Assembly (NCBI GenBank): GCA_051362555.1
Contig: CM120640.1
Span: 26,088,225 to 26,152,224 of the forward strand
Length of the DNA stretch: 64,000 nucleotides
DNA from: Lingula anatina
Lineage: Eukaryota; Animalia; Brachiopoda
Reading direction: 5' to 3'
How positions within the stretch are numbered: position 1 is the stretch's first letter; each line of letters opens with the position of its first letter. The position numbers and the translations under genes were made by a program. This document shows positions 25,457 through 37,210 of this stretch, in pieces. The notes under the pieces are model-generated. The model was not told where the DNA came from and did no database searches. It saw nothing but the letters and a program-made list of their open reading frames with translations.

Positions 25457-26616
25457 GGAATGATGAAAGTTGCAACTACCATGCAGGAAAAATCTTACTT
25501 CTTAACGGTACATACGGACCGAGCATTGGTGGAGCGTGGATTCACAGTAACACAAATAAAGCACTTCTACCAGTTTCTTATATGACTCAAATTGATTCGA
25601 CATGCCAAGGGATAAACTGAATAGATCAATTGATCAGCCATAAAAGAGCTTTAGACTGCTCCTTTCTTTAAATTTTTGGTCAAAAATTTAACTTACTTTC
25701 GTGACTTACTTTTCTGCCCCATTGACATACAGCATAGAATGCTAGCAGAAAAATCCTTTCAAACATCATTTTCGGGTAAAATTAAACTATGCCTTTTGGC
25801 AATTCTCTTAGTTATATTACTTGAAACTATATGCTGGCAATTGGTTGGCTTTTGTTGCCAAAATTTGACCTCATATGCACCTTTAATGAAAATCAGTGAG
25901 CAAGTATCAAAAGCAGTATAGGTATAATATGATGCAAAGGACAAACATTGTAAGAAAGAGAATAACCATATCAAGTGCCACCCCTGTTGTGTGCCTGTAT
26001 TTCCCTGTTGTGAACCTGTATTTCCGTTTCTCACACGTCATAACTAAAACTTTCAAATACTAGACCATCTATCTTATTTTGTTTTAACATATTATATTCA
26101 TGGAATATATATCCGTAATATAGTCCTGTTGGACCTAATATGAAATATAAAAATGGAATCATCTATTAAAAATTAAAACGATTTTTAAAAATAGTAGGCC
26201 TAGAATTACACATGTCATCTTTCGCCTGATTTTGTCACCATTAATAATGTATATCCAATTTGCTATGTCGAATAACTCAATTTTACTGACTGAAAAATGT
26301 CTAAATTGCATTGTTCGCAGTAAACGTAATTCGCCATTACACTTCCCGGCCTCGCTTTCTAGCTCACGCACTTCTTTATTTGTACTTATGATGGATGTTA
26401 TGAGTCCTGCCTCATCATGTGCTCTGTGTCCTTATCAAAAGAATCGCAGACCACACAATGCACTCATATTTGATAAAAACCGATAGCCTACTTATTTTGA
26501 GCTATCTAAGGGATGAGTTGTAATATGGGTTTCATATTTCATGACTTCTCTTTTTCATTACTATAAAACATGTGATAGGAAAAGTCATATTGACAAAATA
26601 AGTAAATCGTACTTAC

Positions 26617-27201
26617 CGATCTCTATCTCTGTCTGGCGTTAGATGTGAAGAGTTTCTCTCATCTCCTCTCCTCTGATTTACCGCATTATTCTCACTCGAC
26701 TGATGACGCCGCTTTCTATTCAGAAACTAAAAGTACAAGGAAAATGAAATAAAGATAAAGTAAATAGTTTCAAGCTGCTACGATATCAAATAAATGTAAA
26801 CTTAATATACTACATGTAAAAAAAGTATACTATACACTGTATTTTAAGCAATGCTAGGACAGAACAAACATTTGGATATTCTCGCGAAGGTGTATGGTAA
26901 TGCTATGCCCAAAACATTTTTGTTATCACCAGCAATATGTTTCAATCAAGCAATTCGAAAATTTGCACTTTGTACTCGTGCAAACCCCAAATTAACAGTC
27001 AACATAGCTACAGCTTTCCTGATAATTTGATTCGGCATAAGATAACTTAAGTTGATGCCATATTTACATATTACAAATGCACCTTCTGACACAAAAAAGA
27101 TTTTGGAATGAATATACCCAATACTAAAAATGCAAATCGGGGCTTACCTGTCGTAGATCTGGAAGCTTTGGCGGGTTTTCATTTCTATTACCGTCCGCCA
27201 T
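26617..27201 (-). CDS. Putative 5' exons of the ZNFX1 locus: 27148-27201 (MADGNRNENPPKLPDLRQ) and 26617-26726 (FLNRKRRHQ...DRDR)
   Basis: ATG in a good context, CAG|GTAAG donor, ttttag acceptor, open phase-0 join and cg|GTAAGT donor. I could not join these exons to the large exon without an interruption. Confidence 0.5.
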
Positions 27202-27382
27202 TATTCACTTGTTACTTAATGTATATTGACACGTATCCTTTTTGTGTTGAAATCCACTAACTTTACCTTTGCTACCATAAATTTTGCTGATCAAAACTAT
27301 CTCAATTCATGTTATAAATTAGTACACAAAAGTTAATCATAACTTTCTCAGGCTGTCGCTGCCAATAGGTAGACCTACTGCG

Positions 27383-27401
27383 ACTTTCACTTTTCACTTC
27401 C
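27383..27401 (-). promoter_or_regulatory. ISRE/IRF-element-like site, copy 1
   Basis: Minus strand reads GGAAGTGAAAAGTGAAAGT, i.e. tandem AAGTGAAA half-sites, about 180 bp upstream of the exon-1 ATG. Confidence 0.65.
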
Positions 27402-27434
27402 ACGAAATCTATTGATAGGAAATACGTAGAACTG

Positions 27435-27540
27435 ATGCACGAAAATTCATGCGCTAGCACTCCTATTGACGATTCTGATATGTACTGGCTGTGTTATCAG
27501 AATCGTCAATAGGAGTGCTAACGCATGAATTTTCGTGCTA
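27435..27540. mobile_element. 106-bp hairpin MITE with a 9-bp target-site duplication (Mutator-like)
   Basis: 44-bp inverted arms (1 mismatch) and a 14-nt loop. GTAGAACTG flanks both sides (27426-34, 27541-49). The element is absent from the paralogous site near 28195. Confidence 0.85.
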
Positions 27541-28151
27541 GTAGAACTGAAGCTATGGCCCTGTTCGGTTAGTAACGAAAACAGATATGGCCTTATCTAC
27601 CTATATAAAAGTTCAAAAGAATTCGATGTATATATACATGCATATTTAATGGTTGACTTCAAATAATTTATACGCTTCAATCAAGCAATTTGAAAATTTG
27701 CACTTTGTACTCGTGCAAACCACAAAATAACAGTCTACATAGCTACGGCTTTCCTGATAATTTGATTCGGAATAAGATATAACTTAAGTTAATGCCATAT
27801 TTACATATTACAAATGCACCTTCTGAGACAAAAATGATTCTGGAATAAATATACCAGATACAAGTTATCACAACAAAAATCAAGAATAAAATAAGAGTAT
27901 GCAAATCGGGGCTTACCTGTCGTAGATCTGGAGGCTTTTGCGGGTTTTCATTTCTATTACCGTCCGCCATTATTCACTTGTTACTTAATGTATATTGACA
28001 GGTATCCTTTTTGTGTTGAAATCCACTAACTTTACCTTTGCTACCATAAATTTTGCTGATCAAAACTATCTCAATTCATGTTATAAATTAGTACACAAAA
28101 GTTAATCATAACTTTCTCAGGCTGTCGCTGACAATAGGTAGACCTACTGTG

Positions 28152-28170
28152 ACTTTCACTTTTCACTTCC
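28152..28170 (-). promoter_or_regulatory. ISRE/IRF-element-like site, copy 2
   Basis: Identical GGAAGTGAAAAGTGAAAGT upstream of the duplicated exon 27917-27970. Confidence 0.65.
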
Positions 28171-28648
28171 ACGGAATCTATTGATAGGAAATACGTAGAA
28201 CTTGAAGCTATGGCCCTGTTCGGTTAGTAACGAAAACTGTTATTAATACTTCCGCGTCAAGAAATAATCCCGGTTTTCTCTTCAATTCAAATGTGTGTCG
28301 GAAACCAAGCTGTCGTGAAAAATAATCAGTGTCTTGAAACATTTTTAATAATTCACGATCATGGATAATTGAAGTATTTCGATAAGTTTAAAATTTGTCA
28401 TCACGTAACCCTTGTTACGACTCCCCTTTGCACATTTTCCGTTAAATTCATATTTATATCTATTGATTTGATTTTTTTTAGTGAAATTAAACATGTATTT
28501 TCAAATCTTCAAATCTTCTTCCCGTGTCTTTACAAATGAAGCAATCTTCTTTTTATTAGCGAACGTCTATATATTAATTTTACTGTTAGACTGTGCAGAT
28601 AACTGACACACCCCAAACACATCTACCCACATACGTGTTCCAAGTCAT

Positions 28649-28837
28649 GCTTGGCCTACCCCAGGTATGTAACCATACCTTCTTTGTCAAAAATATAAAA
28701 TATAGATCTTTGTTCTGTTCAATAATTGGAATCAAACTGCGGCTAGCGCGTGCTTGGCCTACCCCAGGTTTGTCAAAAATATAAAATATACATCTTCGTT
28801 TTGTTCAATAATTAGAATCAAACTGCGGCTAGCGCGT
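28649..28837. repeat. Imperfect tandem duplication with a unit of about 90-100 bp
   Basis: gcttggcctaccccagg...tttgtcaaaaatataaaatat...aatcaaactgcggctagcgcgt occurs twice. Confidence 0.8.
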
Positions 28838-29756
28838 AGAACAAAAGGCTCAGCCATGTTGTATTTGACATTTTACAACACGTTATGTACGAATGCGTTC
28901 CATGCCTCGCTGCACCCTTACTCTAGTAACTTCAACCTGGGGCCTGCAGTATCTGTATATCGAACCCTAGCTCTTATCGCGAGTCTTGCAAAAATAAAAC
29001 CTACCTGTGGAGTGTGTTTTTTTTTTCAACATTTAATATCAGTATCTACCGAAACATCGCACCATGCTTAAATGAAAACTCACTTTTTCTTTTCTTCAAA
29101 TTGTGATCCGCAAACTCTTATATGAGCAAAAAAAAATACTTCAAGTAAAAAATCAAAAATCAAATATTTAATCTACGTTCTCAGAGTAAATTTTCTGCCA
29201 TCTGAAACTATAACTAATTTCTTAATTTGAGTAGGCGAGTGGAATGTAAGGCTATCACTATTTTTCATAACGTGATAAGAGAGGGTGGGGTGAGAGAAGT
29301 CATTTTATTCTGTTCCCTCTCTTTTATTGAAACCCCTCTGAAGGTGCGCCATTTGCAGAATGACTTTTTAGTAATACTTCACTTGCATGTTTGTCCTGGT
29401 ATACTCATTGCAAAATCAGGAACGAACCTCCCTTTTGTCGGGAAAGATCCTCATTGGGTAAATGTGATCTAGGCACATGGAGGTTTTTTTGGTGAAATGC
29501 CCGCATTTGAAATTTCTGGTTCAGGCCTGTACATTCTCACTAACTGCAGAATTTTCTAGAGCATCTTCCAATCTCTGGATGATCCCTCTTTCGCTATCGT
29601 ATTAAAAAGAGATTGCGTGGATATGTTAAAATGTTATGTCTAAGATGATCACCCTCGTTGTCCAAAGTCCAAAACAAGGGGAAAGTGACCACAAGGAGCC
29701 TTACTTTCCATCGAGGAAACAGATTGATTTTCAACTAGCTTTAGATTAGTATGGCA

Positions 29757-29918
29757 CAGGGGTGACTCCAGGATTATTTAAAGGGGCGTCCGCGGATGCA
29801 AGTATTATAAATCAGCTAGTCAAAATTCTAATTCCAAGAGGGGAATATTAGTGTGACTTTTTTCAGAAACCGAAGGCGGCGTCAGGACCCCCCTGACCCC
29901 CAAATAAATCGGCCATTG
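29757..29918. mobile_element. Probable MITE with degenerate TIRs and a 6-bp flanking direct repeat
   Basis: Ends CAGGGGTGACTCCA / TAAATCGGCCATTG, with ATGGCA on both sides and a GC-rich interior. Confidence 0.45.
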
Positions 29919-30306
29919 ATGGCAGGAACACATTTAACCATATGACAATTTTTGAAGGTGGTGCTAACGCCATGCAGTTCGTTATTTATTCGATGAAAAT
30001 CAAACTTTTAAGCACCACGACACATAACATATGCATAAATTGTCCCCTAAACGTCGATGCTATTTTTTCCATTACTGTCAACTATTTGACCTACTGGTAC
30101 TAACAAGATATCACAAAAATGAGCATACCAGTAGGTCTGGTAGTTTGGAAAAATGATACGTCAAAAGTTCATACGAGCAAAAATATGTCGATAAACCTGA
30201 CGCTGTGTTTTCATATACTGTGCACAATACTTTGGTCAATGATTTTGAATGTCTTTGAGAAGGACTGCTTTAAACCGCATCCTATTGTATGGATAATACA
30301 GCATTT

Positions 30307-30657
30307 TTACACGCGTGAATTGTCAATTTGATGAAAGAACGGTATAAGAAGCAGCATCAACCCCAGCCCAGACAGGAAGAATGGTGTAGCAATAGCAGAA
30401 CACCCATAGTGACAGAGCGCCATTCCAGTCAGCAGAGTCACTAGCCCTACAGCCGCCGCAGATACGAAGAGTAGTAAAATATAAGTCAGTGCAATCAAAT
30501 ACAAGGAAAGATGGACTGGAAGCATGAGTACGTGGTATAGAATTCCGTAGAGTCCTGATGGGGCGTGGGCAGCCAAGTGATGACCGGGCATAAGTAGAAA
30601 TCCGTGTAATAATTTTAGCGAAAACGGTCCCGCTAGTTTCGTCACCGGCCTCACCAT
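30307..30657 (-). CDS. Small hydrophobic membrane protein, paralog B (116 aa)
   Basis: HAPSGLYGILYHVLMLPVHL matches SAPRGKASSALFHVVMLPVYL of paralog C, and KLAGPF matches ELAAPF. Splice acceptor just upstream of the ATG, a donor near 30766, and a minus-strand AATAAA near 29985. Confidence 0.75.
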   Translation of the reverse strand: MVRPVTKLAGPFSLKLLHGFLLMPGHHLAAHAPSGLYGILYHVLMLPVHLSLYLIALTYILLLFVSAAAVGLVTLLTGMALCHYGCSAIATPFFLSGLGLMLLLIPFFHQIDNSRV

Positions 30658-33396
30658 TTTACATCTGAAATTATAAAATAGTATTTAAATTTTCCGTTTA
30701 AGCTCTAATGCTAGTACAAATTTGTAAGTCTCTTGCCCGCAAAAATGTCCGCACATAAATACTTACCATTGAATATTTTTTATTTTCAATATCAGTGCAC
30801 TACATTTATTCCAATGTGCATTGTACGTGTGCACATCTGGCCCAATACCTTGGGTTTTCTTTATTCTATTTCATCAGTTAAATTCTAGACACGAACTTGA
30901 GTAGAAGAATTTGTTTGGAAACATGACGAATTTTTAAGTGAGTGACATTCTCATGAGACATTTTTTAAAAGTAATTAAATGTCGAGGAATATACTGTAAA
31001 TCTTCGTACATGTACACAGGCACCTGTTCGGGCCAAATAACATTAATTGAAAATACAAGTCTCTCTGTACTGTTTGTTCACTTTACTTCCTCTCATATTC
31101 TACAGAGGCTCGACCCACTTCTACTGAATTTCCACGGTATTTGGTTTTCACAATGAATGGCAAATCTTAACGCTCTTCTACGGTCCGAGTGTGTTTTTCA
31201 TCCTGATGAACATGTTACTCATCTGAAACAATCAAAAATTAATGAAAACTGAAAAGATGACAGTGATCTGTCATAAACTAGTTGTGTGTAATGTTTTACG
31301 TGTACATGTAGGCCTACACATGTACATCATCCGTACCTGGGAACAAAGCTATACAATCTGTATAATAAATGCACGTACAGTAAGCCTACCTTTCAGCTGA
31401 CGAATATGACTGTGCATATTTTCCTACAAGAATGATGTCCAGTCATATATATATCCAGTGCCATATAGCAGAAAATTCCTCACATTTCAGTGCGGTAACA
31501 CATTCAGAGCTGACCACTGTAATCGCGTGTGCTTGATACTTTGTAGTTCCCCTGTAGATTCACTTAACCACCCATGCCCGACAGCTTCGAAGTGGACAGT
31601 AAGTTTTGTGATTGATCTATTTGGGAAGATATATCATTGAGGATGAAGATGTGATGAAGCATATTCAAAAATCGCCCTCATATTGTCCACAGCAGCGGAG
31701 ATAAATTAGATAATACAACACAAGTTTTTAATGTTACTCCTAATGGCACATTTAATAACACGCGATAGCACTTTATCTCGACCCGCTATTACATGGGCGT
31801 TGTATTGTGGCAAAAAGCGTGAGATACCAGTAAACTGTTCCTGATGAAGGTATATCGTAATGTGTAGATTATTGCGATGCTGTGGAATGTCGTGATACAT
31901 TCCTCGTCGTTGGTCAGGCTGAAGATATCATGTCTATATACATGTATGAAGTGGGAGATAGGCACCCTCTCTCCCCCCCCCCCCCCCCCCCCCCCCCAAC
32001 TAAAAATCTTGTTTCGATGAACCTGTTGGAATATAAAGAATGGTATGGAAATGATATGTTTGTCGTAATTTATTGCTTCGGCAACTTTTTCTAACATCAG
32101 TGACCAATAAATGACACAAAATGAAAAATAGTTTCGGTCGCTGATATTTTGATTTTTCCTTTTGCAAACCCCCTCCCATCTTTTTGGTGAATATGAAAAG
32201 GTGATTAAACATTAATTAGTGCAAACTTCGGCCACACATTTTCAAATGTGTGAATTCAGGTTATGGAATGGAAATTAACATTTATTTTGTTTATATTGTG
32301 CAGTCATTCAACTGATGATCAATGACAGTTTTGCTGATGTTTTGGTTATTATCATTTTATTATTTACTGCTGTTGTTGTGGTTATTATCATTTAAAAGTA
32401 CCCCTTGACGTTGGAAGTGAAAGAAACATACAGTCCTGTGATACAAAACACCCACCTCGATTCGCCAACACCTTCCCAAAACGAAATGAAATGTTGGAGA
32501 GGAGACACTAAGCCTTATCTATTATATAGTAGAACGTGTCCCAATGTGTAAATGAAAGAAATCTGTGAGAGGTTTCTTATAAGAATCATTCGAATTGTCC
32601 ACGAGAAAAACTCCAATACAGATTTAAGTGTTTCTTCGATATTTACCTGTGTAAGGTCAACTTCACATTACCTTAAAATGCGTGGTGCATGCATAAGGCG
32701 GTATTCTGATAGAGAGAGACACACACTATCTCGTATTTGTGTGTGCATGAATTGAGTCTCTGAGGCTAGTTTGCTGTCAGCAATTCGCGATTTCTTAAAT
32801 TATAACATAAATAATTGTCAGTTGAAAATGTCATTTTATTGACATTTGTACTTTGATTAATGCACAAAGTACGAATTGAAAATACATATAGTTAAATATA
32901 ATCATGTGAATGATATTCATGTATGGTAAATCTTTTACGCGTTTAAGATATAAATTTAAGTTTCAGCAAAGATGGAGGGAAAAAGGAGCCAAAGGTACAG
33001 ACTGTAAATTATATTTTTATCATTCTTTTCACACTTACACTGTTTAAATGTTGAAATAAAATTCCTTATACATGTATATTTGAAGGGACAATAAACTCGC
33101 CTCCGTTATCTCTCTTATCTGAAAATTGACCACAAGTAATGAGAGAAAATAGCTTGCACACTTAGATATTCCCAAGAATTTAATATTAAATGCATACCAA
33201 TCGATCAGAACAGTTGTGTATGCTTATCTCGGTCAATTATTGACAGATGACTTCTGACGATAACTAATACAAAAGCTCGTGAATTCAAAAGGATAGGACC
33301 GTTATATTCGGCAAAGGATGAAGTCTATTATATTTGAAAAGATAAGTTTGGCAAAGATAGGAGAGGAATGACGGTTCGGCTCTGTGGATCTCTACC

Positions 33397-34686
33397 ATGT
33401 CGACATCCTCTATATTCGCTGTGATAGATAGTGCGCCGCGGGGAAAAGCTTCATCTGCTCTCTTCCATGTAGTGATGTTGCCAGTGTATTTAATTCTCAT
33501 TATACAGTAAGTAGACCCGTATACTGAAAAGAAAGGGGGTATTTACAAAACTTTAGAGGTACGATTGTGATTATACCTGACTTGGAGAGAATACGACACG
33601 TACCCATGTAAGGTAAACGATATGCTACATTCAATATTGTAGCTATCATGAGGAGTATAGCGTGATTAATCATATGCAAGCTCATGACCTTTCGCAACCT
33701 GGTTTGATTTTTCAAAAATTCGCACTCGTACGATATTTTATTGACAGTTAACTTATTATTGAGTGGTCCGTATATACAGTATGGGGCTGTCATGGGCCAG
33801 TGAAACTTTGCAGTTTACTATTTTCGAACACGGCAGCAAAAGCTATAGGGGATCAAACCCAATATAATTCCACAACTATAACGAACGATCCATACAACCA
33901 ACACAATCGTACATGCGAGTCACCTTAATAACCATGTGTGAGTAATCGATAAGTAAAACAGATCGATACAGTAGGCCCAGACGCGAACATTCATTTAACG
34001 ACACAATAGTCCCATGTATGGAATAAATCAATGCTTGTTTTTTTAGTTGGTAAATATCTTTTTTTTTCTTGAAAGCCGAAGATGATGAGTTCGGACCAGG
34101 TGCAGGTTTAAATGTTTGGTATAGGTTTGATAACAATTCGCTGACAAAAAAATCTTCTTCAAAACAGTTTTATTGCTTTTCTTCTCTCTTTTATTAGTTC
34201 TTTTCTCCACTTTGCTATTTCTCTATTTTATGTGTTTCCTTGCTACGTTCTATACATTATTGGTGTAATCGATAATCTGATGGAATAAACTTGTGGAGAC
34301 TGGATATTACAATTTATAAAATCATTTTTCATTTTTAATGCAGATCCGTGCTACGAAAAGACGCGAGGACCGTCCACGAGGAACTGGCGGCACCATTTAT
34401 ACGAGCACTAGGGTTGGAACCAAACGCAGGACCCCTGTCTAGGACGCTCAGCACGATAACTTTCCCCGTTTTTATTGCTTTTTTTGCACTGGTCGCAGGG
34501 GCGACAGTTTTCATGGCATTGCTCTTCATATTTGGGATTATAGTATTCACCACAGGGTCTGTTTTGACGTATAGTGACATTGCTACGTCTCGATTCACGT
34601 TTTCCATTGTTTTTATACTCACATGTATTTTCTTATGGTTTCGAAAAGGATCCTCTATGAGGTCCGATTTGAAACAAAAAACGTAA
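33397..34686 (+). CDS. Small multi-pass hydrophobic membrane protein, paralog C (150 aa)
   Basis: Exons 33397-33506 (accATG; ca|gtaagt) and 34344-34686 (tgcag|a) join in frame. Same intron position and phase as paralog A. AATAAA near 35015. Confidence 0.8.
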
Positions 34687-35258
34687 GACAATGTGTTACA
34701 AGGGCACGAAAAAACATATATACCGCTGCATTTTGAGAAGAAATTTTAAAAAATCAAGAAATTGTATAAAGACTTATCGGACTAATTGTGGACCTACATG
34801 TATTTGCGTCTAGTTCGATCTTAACTGGAACTGGCGGAATGTGTTAACCTACGGCCGCAGCTACTGCAATCCACCAACAAATGGCACATGTATCAAAGCA
34901 AGCTAAAATACAAAGTTAATGCTATCAGTTCATTTCTGTGGATGTTTTTTTTTTTATTAACACGTTTCATGCGGTTTCAGATGTTTTACTATTCACAGGA
35001 GGACCCTGAAAAGCAATAAATTTGATAGATACATACATATTCTTATATCGCCTTTTTAAATCGCATTATCTAATGATTAAAAAAAAGTTACTTGGATCTT
35101 TAATCAATTCACAGGTACTTAAGTAAACGGGTCTCATTCCCTACAGACAAAAAATCCAAACAACAAACTTCATGATGTAGGGTTACGCCGTTCCTTGAAT
35201 ATTGATGTTGCAAATCACGGCCATTGCACCCGTACCTGGGATGAAGCACGCACACCGA

Positions 35259-35423
35259 CCGGTGTAACAGGAATGGAATTCCGCTAGAAACCGCTTCACA
35301 TTACTTTGTGCAGGTGACATTCATCCCATATTCGAACCCCAATACTCCAACTAATCCTAACCTGTACTAATCATATCGGAGCCCGGACTTCCATTCCTAG
35401 GACCTCCATTCCTGTTACACCGG
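35259..35423. mobile_element. MITE-like element with 19-bp perfect inverted termini
   Basis: CCGGTGTAACAGGAATGGA ... TCCATTCCTGTTACACCGG, with an internal ctaatcctaacc. Confidence 0.7.
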
Positions 35424-35500
35424 CTCTTGAAATGCCACAACCTATGATAACTTAATTTATCTTTCAATGGATCCCAAAATGCAGAATTTTAGACCCCATT

Positions 35501-35698
35501 CCCATAGATATTTAGATCGATCTATCCCCCTGGGGAGTCTCACTAGATTGGTGTCAGCTTAACAGGCTTAAATGTCTGTCCCGCCTACTAAAAGCTGTAA
35601 GGGGGTAATTAACTATGGTGCGCGCTCGGTTGACTGCAATTTAGCGAGAACCCCCAGGGAGTTAGGTCGATCCAGATGGATCGATCTAAATCTGTGGG
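35501..35698. mobile_element. MITE family copy 1 (related to 60237-60471)
   Basis: Termini CCCATAGAT / ATCTGTGGG. Shared internal blocks cctgggg..tctcacta, ggcttaaatgtctgt and cccagggagttag..tccagatggatc. Confidence 0.75.
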
Positions 35699-35825
35699 CA
35701 TGCAGTCTTAAAGTTTCCCTTAAATTAAAAAATAATGCCAACATTGAAACCGGGTCTGTAACTGATGGAGACTTCTCTGGTTTGCAAACGTTCAAGTATC
35801 TTAAACCTTTACATCCCTAGAAATA

Positions 35826-37210
35826 CACACACTGGACAAAAGAAGTGTCACCCCCTAACTCAGAGTAATAAAAGTAGGCAGATCTTGGGTACTTATAATG
35901 CCTGGTCTACTTATAATGTGACTAATGAGTATAAAACCGCTATACCATGGAATTGTATTGTTGGTCTTGTACATGTACAGCAAATTTTATTCCTGTCTTA
36001 CTCCAATATGGCAAGATACAGGCAATTATCTAACGGTTATAGGTGCAAGTTATTAACCTGAAGAGGCGGAATATAAGCAATGTCAGAATATCGATACAAT
36101 TGAATTGTTCAGTCAGAACCGTGCAGGGGGTCTGGTCTCGGCATAGAAACACTGGATCAAGTGACAAATTGCCTCTGATGGGTCGTCCAAGAAAAAATAC
36201 TGGCCGTAAGGACCGACGACTGATTTTGATGTCCAGGTTGTCAAAGTTCGACACTGCTTGTCAGTTGACAACACAGTGGAACAATTTCACACATAAGAAT
36301 GTGCCTGTGAAAATTGCTAGGCGTCGGTTACATGCTCAGAGAGTGTACAGCAGGGTAGCAAGACTGAAACCTCTTATATCGTTACAAAACAGGCAACGTA
36401 GAGTAAACTAGGGTCAACAGGATCTGGAACTGGACAGTCCATGACAATTGGTCCTATATAGTTTTTCTGATGAGTGTCGCTTTGGTCTGACCTCAGATGA
36501 CAGAGGTACTATGCTGGCAAACTGCTGGTAAAGCATTTGCACCACATGCACTGAATTTTCGAACCCGGAGCAGCATATTCATCATGGTGTGGGGCTGCAT
36601 CAGCATCCATGGCTTGGGCGAATTGATAGTGGTTAATGGAAACATGAATCGCTAGAAATATATCGATGTTTTAGAGTCAGGCTTGCTACCATCTATTGCT
36701 AACATGTTTGGTGACAGGAATTATCCATTTGTTCACCAGGATGACAATGCTCCTTGTCACAGGCCCAGAGCAGTTGATGATTGGTTTGACCAACAGGACA
36801 TTCGCAGGGTGATGTGGCCTGCCCAGAGTCCGGATGCAAACATAATAGAAAATGTGTGGATTTATATGTCAAAACTTTTTACAAATGCCCGTCTAACCAG
36901 CAGAGAAACTCTGTTATATTCAGTGTTTCATGCTTGGGCCAGCATAAGCCCTGAACGCATCAGACAATTATATGAATCCTTGCTTCGTAGACTGGCACCT
37001 ATTATTAGGTCATGTGGCTATGCCACTAAGTACTAATTTTGGACTTGAAACTGCATATTTTTGTAGAATGTATATTTTGTTCTCATTTTGTGATTTTTTT
37101 GTGAAATTTGATGTTAATAAAATGATACTAGGAGCATATCATTCCACAGTCATTTATCTCCCCCATAGTATTGGCTCAGTAGGGGTGACACTTCTTTTGT
37201 CCAGTGTGTG
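35826..37210 (+). mobile_element. Full-length degenerate Tc1 (DD34E) transposon, 1385 bp
   Basis: 29-bp perfect TIRs CACACACTGGACAAAAGAAGTGTCACCCC with a TA target duplication on both sides. Confidence 0.95.
36008..37036 (+). pseudogene. Tc1 transposase pseudogene
   Basis: Motifs GRPRK, FSDE, MVWG, QDDNAPCH and WPAQSPDANIIENVW, with 34 residues between D2 and E. Several frameshifts and stops. Confidence 0.92.

Larger units (their letters stand above)
26941..28237. repeat. Tandem duplication of a promoter plus first-exon unit (about 26941-27582 and about 27676-28237)
   Basis: Near-identical blocks. Each has the MADGNRNENP..PDLRQ exon (second copy 27917-27970), a TATA-like site and an IRF-like element. 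Confidence 0.92.

Noticed and set aside
26721-26752. GAAAATGAAA as an additional ISRE
   Set aside because: On the minus strand it is the polypyrimidine tract of the acceptor at 26727, which explains it adequately.
28593-28665. Exon-like HLPTYVFQVMLGLPQ|gtatgt as a possible fourth family remnant
   Set aside because: The similarity is too weak and there is no downstream partner exon.
26941-28837. Repeats that could suggest a CRISPR-like array or another prokaryotic system
   Set aside because: These are two-copy tandem duplications without repeat-spacer periodicity, in a spliceosomal-intron genome with no cas-like ORFs.
31100-31700. Exon-like minus-strand segments with donor and acceptor sites upstream of paralog B
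   Set aside because: All frames are interrupted by stops and I recognise no motif. They may be UTR exons, but this is unsupported.
31973-31997. Poly-C run producing polyproline and polyglycine ORFs
   Set aside because: Simple homopolymer with no coding support.
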